Origin: Epithemia pelagica
Lineage: Eukaryota > Protista > Bacillariophyta
Reading direction: 5' to 3'
DNA: 64,000 nucleotides
NCBI GenBank assembly: GCA_946965045.2
Contig: OX337230.1
Coordinates: forward strand, 3,906,001 to 3,970,000
Shown: one piece after another, positions 30,663 to 42,003 of the stretch
How positions within the stretch are numbered: position 1 is the first letter of the stretch
How the letters are laid out: each line of letters opens with the position of its first letter
Notes under the pieces: generated by a model
What the model was told of the DNA's origin: nothing
The model's input: the letters and a program-made list of their open reading frames with translations, nothing else
The model's database searches: none
Program-made: the position numbers and the translations under genes

Positions 30663-30930
30663 CTAAGACGTCGTCGTCATTATCGTCGTGTTGGAGGAGG
30701 ATGGTGGTGTATAGTCGGCGGGCAATTGTCCACAGTCGGAAATCACGACATTGACAACAGGTATGTCCGAATCGCCCGTTTTGGTCGTTTCAATCACCTT
30801 AACAATTTCCATGCCCTCGACGACACGCCCAAACACGACATGTTTGCCATCCAAATGCGGCGTGGCGGTGGTGGTGACAAAATTCGTGCCTGGACCGGAA
30901 TTGGCCATATGCTCAAAAGAGACCGCGTCG
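30663..30930 (-). pseudogene. Cyclophilin C-terminal fragment
   Basis: [42 protein letters not shown]. The conserved GSQFF is deleted and the N-terminal half is absent. Confidence 0.85.
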
Positions 30931-33215
30931 GCTATGAACCATTTGGAAATTTTCATCCGACGCCACATGCACATGAAACCAACGGATCTTTTCGTATAGT
31001 GTACTCGTACACAAGAAAGACCAAATAATGCTTTCAATCTTAGTACAAGAGTGAAAGAAGACGTTCCCAGTGGTGGTCGTGGTAGTTGCAAGGGCTCCTG
31101 GGGGCGTGGTTTGGTGCAGCCGCAGAAGAATGATTCTCCTCTTCGTCTTGTTGTAGTAGGACGAAGAGAGAGCGCCGCAAGAGGCAATGGTAGAATCAAA
31201 CTCCAGGTACTGAGTGGGAATGACGGAGTCTGCGCAAGAGAGAGAACATGAGAATACTAGACCAATGGCATTGGTTCATTGTTACAAACAGGAATTTACC
31301 TTGTTGCTTCAGGTAGGCGAGAAGAGTAGCTAGCTGGTCGTTCATGATTGCCTTTTGCTTAGCCCTGGTTGCCACAGAACGATCTTATATTTCCATGTAC
31401 TCTTTGTACAGTGTGATTGTTCGTCGTTCTCGTAAGACGGGCTGTCTGCAGATGATGGGCTTGGAATACCAAACATGTCATGCAAGGCTGCATTATCCAA
31501 AGACACTGGTAGTACTTGTGGCAGTGGTGCACTCGCTGCATTCGACACGGTTGTTGAGGCTCGAGAGGGGAATCGTTGTCAGGCGACGACGAAACCACAT
31601 GTTCATTGTCACTGGTTGGATGATTGGTGTCTAAAGAGAGGCCCTGGAAGTTTCGCGTTTCAGTTTTTCCTCTCTGGAAAGAAATCGGTGGTCTTGTTGG
31701 TCGAGATTTTAAAGTTACAGTGGCACAAGACTCCTTTCATTGTGTTCTTTTTTCTGGCCATGACTTGTCTTGGCGAGTACATTGTCGCGTTCATCCAGCA
31801 GGCGAATGCGCTGGGCAGATTTCGAGTTTACTGGATATCTCTTTCATGATTCTGTGCGTGTTCCTGGTCATCTCTCGGGGGATAGCGAGGTCTCCATGGT
31901 TCTCTGGTCCATGGTTGCGTCGGCAATGGTCATGACCATGGAAAGGAGGGAAATCTGAGGATGATGAGGATCGAGAAAACCATCTTTGAAGACCATTCAG
32001 ATGGATCTCGATCCACCTGTGACCATCGGGAGCATTCTCTTGAGTTCATACCGACGATAGGTCGACAACCAATGCTTCAAGACGTCGCTATTGTGTTCTG
32101 CAACCCCACTCGTTCCACAAGCGGTGCGCCATTCGGAAATCTGCGCCATGCACATGAAACCAACGGATGTTTTATGTTTTCGTACTCGTACACGACAAAG
32201 ACCAAATGCTTTCTATGTGAGTACAGGAGTGACAGAAGTACTTAGACGTAAGACGCACATAAGATAGCAAGTAGACGGATTCTCAACGCAGAGCTTCCGA
32301 ATTGTTTTCTATCAAATAAAGCCAGCGGATCCTGAACGCCAATTTCGAAACTATCAACTAATAGGCCAACGGATCTGGAACGCCAGGCGACACTTCTCGG
32401 GAAAAGGGGGCATACATACAGACATACACTACCGTTCGTTCAAGCGGAGACGTTCTTTCCCGTCGCCATCCCCTTGGACTTGGACGCATGCGTGAAAGGC
32501 GATTCCCTCTTTGTGTGGTCTCCCTTTGAGAGAGACTAACAATCCCAGTAATCATCCACATAGCAACTCGTTGAGCGTAAAACCGTGGTCGGTTCGTAGT
32601 TCCTACTTCTCCTATAGCATCTAATAGTACAGAGACTTGTTCCTTTCGTCTCACAAACTAGACAGCGCAACCACAAACACTCATCATCCTTTGGTTCGTC
32701 GCTCTACTACTATAATGTCAAGTGACTTGTTCCTTTGGTCTCGCATCAAGTCAGTATAGACAGACAAACTACCGACACACCCAACAACGTGCAAACACGA
32801 AATCCCCCATCTCATCCGTTGAACCACCAAAAAGACGTTGGTCATGCTCCATGCAAGACCCAGTGCGCCACTGTAACGCTTCAACGCATGAGCGGAATCA
32901 TATGCACCAAGGCAAGCCATTTTTTCTGTACATAACCATGGTGCGCATCCCATCCATTTTTCTCTAACTACTCAAGTCCAGAGGACGCGTTGAGAGAGAC
33001 AAATAGGCGCACAACATCCTACCTTAGATGCGCCGTGAACTATAGTCTACTCTCAACTGATGAAATGGATGAGCCGAAACAGCATTGAGAAAAATGAGAC
33101 ACTACGCCACACTTTTCTATCTGCTGTATGTACATATGGATCCATAAGAAACAACGAGTCTGCTCTAGGGAACAAGAGTGATTCGAGTCTCTTCATCCTC
33201 CTCTTCCCCTAAATT

Positions 33216-34142
33216 TTGGACTACATCCTTTACAGAATGGTGAGAAACACGGCCAATAACAGCACCAGGGATCCTGCGCCCCGAACCACAATGACGGCTC
33301 CCACGACCGCTGCCACAAACATTGTTGGTACTACTACAACCGAGGTGGTCCTTATTCCTTCCGAAAACGACAACCACAACGACAATAACAAGAAAAAGCC
33401 CACCGAGCAAGATGAAGCAGATGTACCCTCGGTCTGGTATGCGAGCAATCTCAAGGCTCCCAACAAGTATCACCGTCTCAAACGGCGCGTCTCCTCCAAA
33501 TCACAACTGCAACATGCGCAGCAGCAACAACAACAGCAACCCAACGGTCCCACTGCTCCCCTGAGACGGTCCAGGGGATCTTTTGGAGCAGCTGCAGGAG
33601 CAGGAGTGCCACAGGCCTTGAGAATTGTCGAACCAGCCGAACGAATTCCTCCCGTGCGAAGCTCCAGTCACAATGGCGTCATTCCTCCTCCGGTAATTTT
33701 GATTGAAACACCACTTCCCTCGTCGTGGGAGGAACAACAACAATACCTACAGTACCAGCAAAGACAGGACGAAGTTCTCCAGCAAGAGGAGCGTGAAAGG
33801 GAGCCCCCAAGCGAGGGACACTCCTATCCTTATATTCCTCCACAAGACCAACCACCAGAAGAACACAAAGATCCGGTAGCAGCCATGACTCGTGAGAATC
33901 CTGCACGACGACGACGATCGTCTTCGTGTAGTTCCTCTTCCCGGATGCATCGGCAACAACAACAAGAACATCCACAAGACAAGGGACCACAGAGAAACAA
34001 AGCACAACCACCACCACCATCAACAACAAGACACAGAAGATCCTCCATGGCATCCTATGCCTCCTCTTCGGCCAATGGAAGTCGGTCGCCTCGTCCTCCG
34101 TTCAAATTGTATGTACTCCAAGAGATTAGGGCTACCTCTTGA
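33216..34142 (+). CDS. Low-complexity Gln/Pro/Ser-rich orphan ORF whose stop lies in the downstream repeat
   Basis: 308-aa ORF with no recognisable domain. It may be a gene fragment. Confidence 0.3.
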   Translation: MDYILYRMVRNTANNSTRDPAPRTTMTAPTTAATNIVGTTTTEVVLIPSENDNHNDNNKKKPTEQDEADVPSVWYASNLKAPNKYHRLKRRVSSKSQLQHAQQQQQQQPNGPTAPLRRSRGSFGAAAGAGVPQALRIVEPAERIPPVRSSSHNGVIPPPVILIETPLPSSWEEQQQYLQYQQRQDEVLQQEEREREPPSEGHSYPYIPPQDQPPEEHKDPVAAMTRENPARRRRSSSCSSSSRMHRQQQQEHPQDKGPQRNKAQPPPPSTTRHRRSSMASYASSSANGSRSPRPPFKLYVLQEIRATS

Positions 34143-34425
34143 TTAGCCTACTCACCCTGGGCACTCGTGTCCAGATGGTGGGGAATACATGGGGTGTGGA
34201 TGTGCCATAGTTGCCTGACAGGCATCCATTGATGTCCTGTCGCCGCCCCCGTTCATATGTATTTAGAGATTAGGGCTACCTCTTGATTAGCCTACTCACC
34301 CTGGGTACTCGTGTCCAGATGGTGACGACTTACGAGTTTGGGGTTTCCTCTGATAAGCCTCTGGGGTGTGCCATAGTGCCTGTCAGGCGTCCATTGACGT
34401 CCTGTCGCCTCACCCGTTCAATGTA
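34121..34425 (+). repeat. Tandem dimer (period about 146 bp) with the same structured motif as 28895-29256
   Basis: GAGATTAGGGCTACCTCTTGATTAGCCTACTCACCCTGGG.ACTCGTGTCCAGATGGTG twice, each followed by GTGCCATAG(T)TGCC..TCCATTGA. Confidence 0.85.
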
Positions 34426-34959
34426 CAGCCGCGTTGACGTCGCGAGCGGGCTTTCCACCAAGAGCTGTACGCAATATAGAGACTATCTATCTTCTACCTA
34501 GTTCCGAGTTGTCGTGGTCTGGATTCTGGATGGAAAAATCAGGGCTTGGGGTTAGGAGTTACCTAGGAGAGGACCAAAGAGATGATCCAAAAGAAATTTG
34601 TGCAAGGAAAACCTATTTGGAGACTTGCGGTGGTGTGGTTCCAAGGTTGCAATCCCCATTGTCATCTTTTTACGACTCGGCCGTCGCCATGGAGAGATGT
34701 GGTGGTGGTGGAATGATTTGTCCTCTTGTTGCTATTAGAAGTACTACGGCTCGGTCGTCGCGAGGAAAATGTGGTGGCCGTCGTCGTTCTTCAAGATTCA
34801 CCCTCTCTTCTTCTTCTTGTTCTTGGTGGTGTGTGGTCCATATCGTTGTCGTTGTTAGTGTGGATAGTGGTCGTCATTTTTTTCGTTTTCGTGTGAGGTG
34901 ATGGTGATGATGGTGATTTGTTGGGTGGTTGTAATGGTTGTTTTGGTGGTTGATGCGTA

Positions 34960-35230
34960 TTGCTGTGCCAGACCAGTGTGTGGTGACAAGGAGATTGCCG
35001 GTCCATCCCGTGAGTCCAGGCCAGGGACTCACATGGGCGAGACTGGCCAAGACTTCGGCCACCACGGGTTCCATGAGCGCGGCCACGGCAATGACCAACG
35101 GATCCAAATACTGCAAACAATGGGCATAACTCATGACGCCGCCCACATTGCACAAGAGGACCAAGACCAGTTCGAGAGGCAACCGATCCATGCGAGCAAA
35201 ACTGAGCCATCCCCACCAGCCGTGATTGGG
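34960..35230 (-). pseudogene. EamA/DMT transporter C-terminal fragment
   Basis: YAHCLQYLDPLVIAVAALMEPVVAEVLA..PWPG matches the DMT LxEPVxA helix. The rest of the gene is absent. Confidence 0.6.
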
Positions 35231-35325
35231 ATTGGCATCCTAGGTCACGACAGGGACGCCGGCGCTGAATCTACATAAATTCTTCTTTTTCTTCCACCGG
35301 ATCCAGTCTGTCGGATCGGGGTCTA

Positions 35326-38300
35326 TCAACTGGTTTCGGTCGCTTGTTTCCCCGACGACATGACCCAATCCGGCATGCGATTCAGTTTCCAATGACTCAG
35401 ATCGACCTTGTTCCGTTCGGCCAGGGCTAGCACTTTCAAAAACAGCAGTGTTGCCGGTTCGACATTGGAACCAACTTCTTCGCAGATAATGTTCAAAACA
35501 ATCTCATAGGCGCGCTGTGACGGTTGATCATCGATATCGTACAGCATTTTCAAACGACCACCTTTCGACCTTCGAACCTCGGTGGCATTCATTAACAGGG
35601 GAGTGGTAAGACTGTCCATTTTAACCAAGAGATCCCATGCTTTCTTGGACCAATATAGTTCCTCCGGGGGCGTTTCTCCTTTTTGCTTGGCTTCTTGCCA
35701 ATAAGCCCATAGGACACGTTTGTAGTCGGCTCCTTTTACTTGTACATCACCGCCCCCAATCAGGGTTCGCAGCTCCAAATGCGCCAGCCATGTCGTAAAG
35801 TGTTGTCCCACTTGCGGAGGAGAAGTGAGGGTGAGCAGCGTCGAAATCATGGAGAAGGTATGTTGCGAGGTGCTGGTTAATGACTCCGACTTGGACATGG
35901 ACGAATCCAGTAAGGCCATGACAAATTCTACGTCACTGACAGAGTTTCGATCGGATTTGGGTGTGTCATAGTAATGGCGGAGCAGTTGTTCAATATATCG
36001 GTCGGTTGTTTCTGCCGATATACGCAACGATTTCACGTCTAACAACACCTCCATCAGTTTTTGAGAGGTTGTCAAGTCATGACAGGCGTAGGCCCCTGCG
36101 AGTGAATCAATCAACGCAGGATCTCGTCCGTTGAGGTACTTCTTGAGATCGTTTGCCTCCTCGAGCGTTTTTCGGAATCCTTCGTAAAAGTCTTTTCCCC
36201 TAAAACGACGAACCACAGTTACGACAAATTGTTGGAATTCTTCCTCAAGACCTTGATCCGAAATCTCACAAACAGCCGCAATCACGGCCAATGTTTGTTC
36301 CAGTCGCTGAACCTTGGAAAAGGGATAATTCTTGTTCCATCGATCCATAAACAAACGTTTCAGTTTGCGAACGGCTTCTTGTCGTTCCGTCATGGGACAA
36401 TCTTTATTCTTGGCCACTTGTACATAGGCCCGCCACACAATTTTTTCTCCGTCTTCGTCCACCACTTCATCGCGTTTGCCCCTACCTGGGGGCTTGTCAT
36501 CCTTTCGGGCCATGTACAAGTGCTGGCACCATTCAGCACTGTTCAAGGTACCACCCAGACAGAGGAATTGGAGGACTTTTTCGGTTTGCGAGGCATCCAA
36601 AATGGAAAAGGTGGGATCTTGTTTGGATACAATGTCCAAGAGTTCGATAAAGCGTTCCGAAACCTCTCGACAATATTCTGGGCTAGGTGAATCCAATTCC
36701 TGCCGGACTGGATTACGACGATGTGGTTGTTGAGCTTGGAGCAAACGGGCAAACGAAAAGAGCATGGGTCGCAACACGTTGAGAGTGGTGGATTGTTCCA
36801 CTTTGGTATACTCGTGAATCTCCTCATCCGTTTTGGAGTTTTTCGGATTGTCGTCTGGTTTCGATTCAGAGTCTGCTTCTTCTTCTTTTTGTCCACGACC
36901 GGTCAAAAAGTTGACAATGCCCTTGACGGTTGTTTGCCAAAAACTGTTTGGTTTGCCCTGATCCTTGTCTTGTTCCGCATGAAGTTGCTCCAGGGATTGT
37001 GCCACCAGAGTATTTTCCATGACTGCCCTGCGATCGTGATGGATGCGATGCAACCCTCGAAGAGCCGCCAGTGCCAAATCCAAGAGTTGCAGTTGGGGAC
37101 TGACAGTCGTCTTGTTGTTGTTGGCTTGCTGCTGCGATTCGGCGGCAGTCGTCGGGTTGGCAGTGGATTCTTCATGGTGGTTGGAGGAGGAAAGGGTCGT
37201 GCAATCTCTTGCTGCAGTTGCCGCAATGCTGGCCAACGACCGAGTTACCCCTTGAAACTTTTGTTCCGATTGACGAATCTCACGTATATTGGGAATGTTC
37301 ACCAGGGGTGCTTCTTCCTCTTGTTCTGTATGTGGATTTTCTGTCACTTGCTCCGTTTCGATTGCACCGTCTTGGACGGATTCGGCAGTTTCTTTGGTAC
37401 CTCCTGCCGTGGGTTCATTCGCGGATACAGAATTTTCCAATGGCTCTTCTTGTTCTTGTGGACTGGAGGCATTGGTGACAGTTTCCTCATTCATGTCGAC
37501 TGGTTTTGGCTCCATCTCACGATGCAGTGATTCCATCCAAAGGGTGAGACGAAGTTCCAACTCGGCAAAGGACGGATCATTGGATTCGTTTAATGATGAT
37601 TGACTGGAAGCAAACGTATTGGTGGTATTCGTGTCGGTAGTTTCTTGCTCGTTCTCTGCCAAAGAATGCTGCAGTACCCGATCATGGCTATTATCACCCA
37701 GTAACTGTCGTTGGTACGTTTGCGCCAATTGTTCCACTTGAATACAATGGTCTTTTAACTGTTGATTTCGTTTTTGACGTCGTTCAGCCTCGGCGGCCGC
37801 CTTGGATTGTTTCACGTGTTGCTGGTGTTGCGACTGTTGTTTGTGGTGATGCTGCGACCGTGTCACACGTGGTCGATGTCGTCCATGGGATCCTCCTCCT
37901 CCTCGACCGTGATGCTGGTGCGAACGAGAAGGACGAGACGAGGATCGACCATGAGGATGATGATGACTTTTGTGGTTGTGCGAGTGAGATTTGGGAGACG
38001 ACGACTTGGAGGAAGAACGAGGAGATCCTCGATAGGCCGCTGGAACCCAAATCGATGGCATCTTTGGTTGGTTCGGTGTAATAGCACTGCCATGAAAATT
38101 CCGGATCCCAAATTCGAATGGAAGAATCAATGAAACGGGTGAGCCAAACCATTTCTTGTCGCCTTGCTGGTCCATGATGCTCCTTGGTTCACTGGACGAC
38201 GAACAAAGACCAAGACTGGCATAGTGTGTGGGATGCCAACGTCGGGTCAAACGTGTCGAAGAACAGGCACGCCACCCGACAGTGTCCAGTTGCAAGACTT

Positions 38301-38448
38301 GTGGTGGTCGTCGTCTTGGTTGTGGTACATGTCGATTCCGAATATGCCATTGAGACAGGCAAACTCTCATGGTTCGTCTGCTTTGTGGAAAGGTCAAAGG
38401 AGTTCTGCGTTGCTCTCTTGCTCTGATCGGATTGTCTTTGCAAACCAA
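35326..38448 (-). CDS. Large (1040 aa) unknown protein, basic/His-rich N-terminus and helical C-terminal region
   Basis: Uninterrupted 3.1-kb ORF with a partial paralog at 25909-27110. The true start is uncertain. Confidence 0.75.
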   Translation of the reverse strand: MVCKDNPIRAREQRRTPLTFPQSRRTMRVCLSQWHIRNRHVPQPRRRPPQVLQLDTVGWRACSSTRLTRRWHPTHYASLGLCSSSSEPRSIMDQQGDKKWFGSPVSLILPFEFGIRNFHGSAITPNQPKMPSIWVPAAYRGSPRSSSKSSSPKSHSHNHKSHHHPHGRSSSRPSRSHQHHGRGGGGSHGRHRPRVTRSQHHHKQQSQHQQHVKQSKAAAEAERRQKRNQQLKDHCIQVEQLAQTYQRQLLGDNSHDRVLQHSLAENEQETTDTNTTNTFASSQSSLNESNDPSFAELELRLTLWMESLHREMEPKPVDMNEETVTNASSPQEQEEPLENSVSANEPTAGGTKETAESVQDGAIETEQVTENPHTEQEEEAPLVNIPNIREIRQSEQKFQGVTRSLASIAATAARDCTTLSSSNHHEESTANPTTAAESQQQANNNKTTVSPQLQLLDLALAALRGLHRIHHDRRAVMENTLVAQSLEQLHAEQDKDQGKPNSFWQTTVKGIVNFLTGRGQKEEEADSESKPDDNPKNSKTDEEIHEYTKVEQSTTLNVLRPMLFSFARLLQAQQPHRRNPVRQELDSPSPEYCREVSERFIELLDIVSKQDPTFSILDASQTEKVLQFLCLGGTLNSAEWCQHLYMARKDDKPPGRGKRDEVVDEDGEKIVWRAYVQVAKNKDCPMTERQEAVRKLKRLFMDRWNKNYPFSKVQRLEQTLAVIAAVCEISDQGLEEEFQQFVVTVVRRFRGKDFYEGFRKTLEEANDLKKYLNGRDPALIDSLAGAYACHDLTTSQKLMEVLLDVKSLRISAETTDRYIEQLLRHYYDTPKSDRNSVSDVEFVMALLDSSMSKSESLTSTSQHTFSMISTLLTLTSPPQVGQHFTTWLAHLELRTLIGGGDVQVKGADYKRVLWAYWQEAKQKGETPPEELYWSKKAWDLLVKMDSLTTPLLMNATEVRRSKGGRLKMLYDIDDQPSQRAYEIVLNIICEEVGSNVEPATLLFLKVLALAERNKVDLSHWKLNRMPDWVMSSGKQATETS

Positions 38449-38806
38449 AAAAAAAGCTGGAAAGATTGGATTTTGGATCTTCTTGTCTCTTTTCGACCCG
38501 AAGTGGTCAGTGAAAAGAGTGGGACGATGGACAGACTGTTATTCGGAAGTGGGGGAAGTACGGACGGACAAGGTCCAGACACGGGGGAAGGACGGACCGA
38601 TCGGCCACACCAATCAAACGTGCCAATTCACTGACGTAGCAATTGCTGGCACTTCGCATTTGGTCGAGGTTCAATCTGCTTCCCCCCAATGGAAGACACG
38701 GACAGATGTTCGCCTTGTATGCATCATAATTTCATTTTTGCAGTGGTTGTGTTGGGCCACAAACGAGAATTTCACTCCGACAACACAGAAAGGGACAGGG
38801 TTGGTT

Positions 38807-39968
38807 ATGGGCCGACGACCATTGGAAGACGACAGTTGGAGAAAACCATCCATATCCAGTATGCCCATGAAAGGATTTGTCGAAATTCCCTTGGCTCGAC
38901 CACAATCGTCGTCCTTGCTTCAGGAGGGGAGTTCGGATGGCGACGAGAGGACAGCGAGTAGCCATCCTTCCTTGAAACGATACAATCGCTTGACCAAACT
39001 GCAAGGCATTCAACGATTCTTTTGTTTGCCTCGATGGCCGGCAGGGCACTTTATACCAGTCGATTTGAGTGCTCGGTATCGTCGGCATTTGGTCTGGGCC
39101 AAGCGCGATGGAGAGAAATTGCTGCAAACCGTCACCTCCAGATTTCAAGCAAGCACAGTCTTTCTCTCACTCTTTGTCAGCACCACCTTGGGTACGTACG
39201 TTATTGTCCATATAGTTTCGCGGCTCTGAACGATAGGCTTGACTCACTATATTCCTCTTGTCCACTGGTCTTACTCCAATGACATACAGGCGTCTTTTTC
39301 AGTCCGGCTGAAGTAGTGGCCGAAGTCCGCATGGCCTTGATACACGATCACTTGAATTTGCACTTTTTTGCCGGCATTGCCTTGCATGTTTCCGTCGTCT
39401 TTTCCTTGACAGCCTTGATTGCCAATGTCACGGCCTGGTCCATCTTTATTGTGCTCAGCAAGGAAACGGCCGGTACCATTTTACGGTCCTCACTCGGTTT
39501 GTATGCCGCGCAATTGCCGAATCGACTCGTCCTCTTGTCCTTTTACATGTTTTTTGCCTGGGTCGCTCTGTTTTGGTTTATTGTCATGCCCTATTCGGTT
39601 GCGCTGACATTAATGGTGGTGGGCCTGGTCCTCATGATCCACATTGCGGGAACCTATTCGGCCATGGGAGAAGTCATCATGGCAACCAGTGCCATGGCCA
39701 ATGAACGTATCTTTGCCATGGAACACGAAGACAAAATGGTACCTACGGAGCTCTTTCATGCATTGTACGTTGTTACATGTTCGAACCTTGAGACGTTGTG
39801 GATTGGCCCCGTTCTAACGACACTTGTTTGCTTTGTTTGCAATTATTCCTCGTTTGGTTGACACAGGCTTCACGAGACGCGGTTGGCCGAAAAGGCCAAG
39901 ATTCCAGTCAGCCAACAATATCGGATGAATTACAAGGAAGTTCTCTGGGAACTGGATGAGGAGGCATA
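38807..39968 (+). CDS. Unknown multi-pass membrane protein, 3 exons
   Basis: GTACGT..CAG introns join TTLG|VFFSPAEVV and HAL|LHETRL in frame. It has about four TM segments. The start is uncertain. Confidence 0.65.
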
Positions 39969-40069
39969 ACCAACAACAACAACAACCGCATTCATGGGAG
40001 TTGGATCCAAGGATGATCCTTTTTGAGAAGTAGCTAACTCTAGCGCATCTTTTCTAGGAATGGAAAATT

Positions 40070-41575
40070 TTGATCTTTCTTACTCGCGTATCAGTCGCGC
40101 CTCTCGATGGGGATCGCGCCCAAAAGATTCTGCTTCATCCATCAAAAAGATCCAAACGAACGACCATGACAAGGCCTGCCATTTCCCTGTATGGTCTCCT
40201 GCTTCCATGGTTGTTCGTGGAACCCTTTGAAATCGCCAAACACGTTAGTTTGTTCCATCGTTTGTCCAGTCCAGTGGTACTCTCTGGTACAACCTCCTCA
40301 AATATGGAAGATGCATCCGTGACGAACACAACAGGCACTTGTGGTCACCACTTGCTGACTCAAGCAGGGGAAGGGATCCTCTCTCGGAGAAGGGCCTTTC
40401 AGCTCTCGGTTGCCGCTGTTGCATCCGCAGTGGTACCGCAACGATCCAACAGTGTCAGCCAACACTCTGCCTCATCCTCACGACAACACGATACTTCCTT
40501 GTCGTCGGCCCAAGAGAGTTTGACAGGCTTTGTCGCGGGTGCTACCATGTCAGCTACCAAGACGGTCGTCAAGTATCCTCTCGATACGGCTACAGTGCGA
40601 CTGCAATTGGCGGCGGCAGCAGCAGCAGCCGAAAGTCCCTTGTACACCACATCATGGAGTGAATTGTTTCGAGGAAGTTTGAATGGTGTGGCCACGCCCT
40701 TGGTGGCCAATATTCCCGGAGGGGCCGTCTTTTTTGCGGTTCGAGATGCCTGCAAGGCCAGTTTGAAAACCAATCGCGTGACGGCCCATTTGCCACCGTG
40801 GATACAAACCTGTACGGCTGTGGCTGTGGCCCAAATTCCCTACTGGCTTGTACGCAATCCCAGTGAAATTGTCAAGACTCGACAACAGGCCAAACTGGAG
40901 GGATACACAGAGGGTGTATCCATGATACAAGGATACCGCCAAGTATGGCTGGATGCCACGACGGCGTCGCGAGATGGAGGAGTCAATGCAACGCATGGGT
41001 CCGATTCGTCATGTTCGACCCTGTCCAGTTTGGTGGATGCCTTTTATCTGGGTTATTGGGAAAACATTTTGTACGCCTACCCTGCCGATGTCATTAAATT
41101 TTTGGTCTACGATTCCTGGACTCGCAAACTTGGAGGTAAACAGGCCTTGTCACCATTACAGGGGGCTGTGGTGGGGGCTGGTGCTACGGCTGTGGCACAA
41201 TTGGTCACAACACCATTGGATGTGGTACGGAATCGTCTCATGGCTAGTGCAATGTCCAACAATACCACGGCACTAGGAACGCGACAATTCTCAACAGTCG
41301 TTTCACCAGGTCCAGGAGAAGATGAAAGCGATAATGATGAACCAGGAGAGTCGCAAGACGGTCGTGGTTATCGCCAACGCTCCTATTGGGACACGCTCAC
41401 ATACTTGACAGAATCGGAGGGACTGCCTGGACTGTTTGCGGGTGCAGCTCCACGAGTGGGAAAGGCCCTGATTAGTGGAGCCATTCAATTTGCCACCTAC
41501 GAAGAAACCAAACGAGACGTGGCGAGATTTCTCAACGACAATAAGGGCCGAATCTTTTCTTTGCAGTCAAAGTAG
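40070..41575 (+). CDS. Mitochondrial carrier family protein (SAM-carrier-like) with an N-terminal extension
   Basis: Three PxD/ExxKxR-type signatures: YPLDTATVR, NPSEIVKTR and TPLDVVRNR. Confidence 0.9.
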   Translation: MIFLTRVSVAPLDGDRAQKILLHPSKRSKRTTMTRPAISLYGLLLPWLFVEPFEIAKHVSLFHRLSSPVVLSGTTSSNMEDASVTNTTGTCGHHLLTQAGEGILSRRRAFQLSVAAVASAVVPQRSNSVSQHSASSSRQHDTSLSSAQESLTGFVAGATMSATKTVVKYPLDTATVRLQLAAAAAAAESPLYTTSWSELFRGSLNGVATPLVANIPGGAVFFAVRDACKASLKTNRVTAHLPPWIQTCTAVAVAQIPYWLVRNPSEIVKTRQQAKLEGYTEGVSMIQGYRQVWLDATTASRDGGVNATHGSDSSCSTLSSLVDAFYLGYWENILYAYPADVIKFLVYDSWTRKLGGKQALSPLQGAVVGAGATAVAQLVTTPLDVVRNRLMASAMSNNTTALGTRQFSTVVSPGPGEDESDNDEPGESQDGRGYRQRSYWDTLTYLTESEGLPGLFAGAAPRVGKALISGAIQFATYEETKRDVARFLNDNKGRIFSLQSK

Positions 41576-42003
41576 AGGCATGTGGCGTTCCAGAACAACC
41601 ACATGTTCTGTGCAGCACTGCCTACCTAGGTAGTCCCTTCCACCACCACCACCTGCGGAGATTTGACAAAAGAGTCCTGGACAACCATGGACGGGCCATC
41701 TCCAAGTCTCGAGCTACCAAGGAGCTCTTCGGCCGCTTAGAGCTAAGGCGTATCTCTAAACATATCTGTGAAGCATTTGATATGTCTTGATACTGGTTTA
41801 TTAGGGTTAGTTCGATTATAAATCCTCTTCTGTTGGTCTAGAGAGGAGGCTACCTGAAACCTGAAGAGATGCGCTTGGTACTTCTGGTAGAGAAACTCGA
41901 AGATTCGCGCGATCCATGAGCGACTAACACTCTGTCGTCACTTCTCTCGATTGATGTTCCCTCAAATCTCCACTGTTGTGCTATTCGCTATTCATGGGGC
42001 ATC

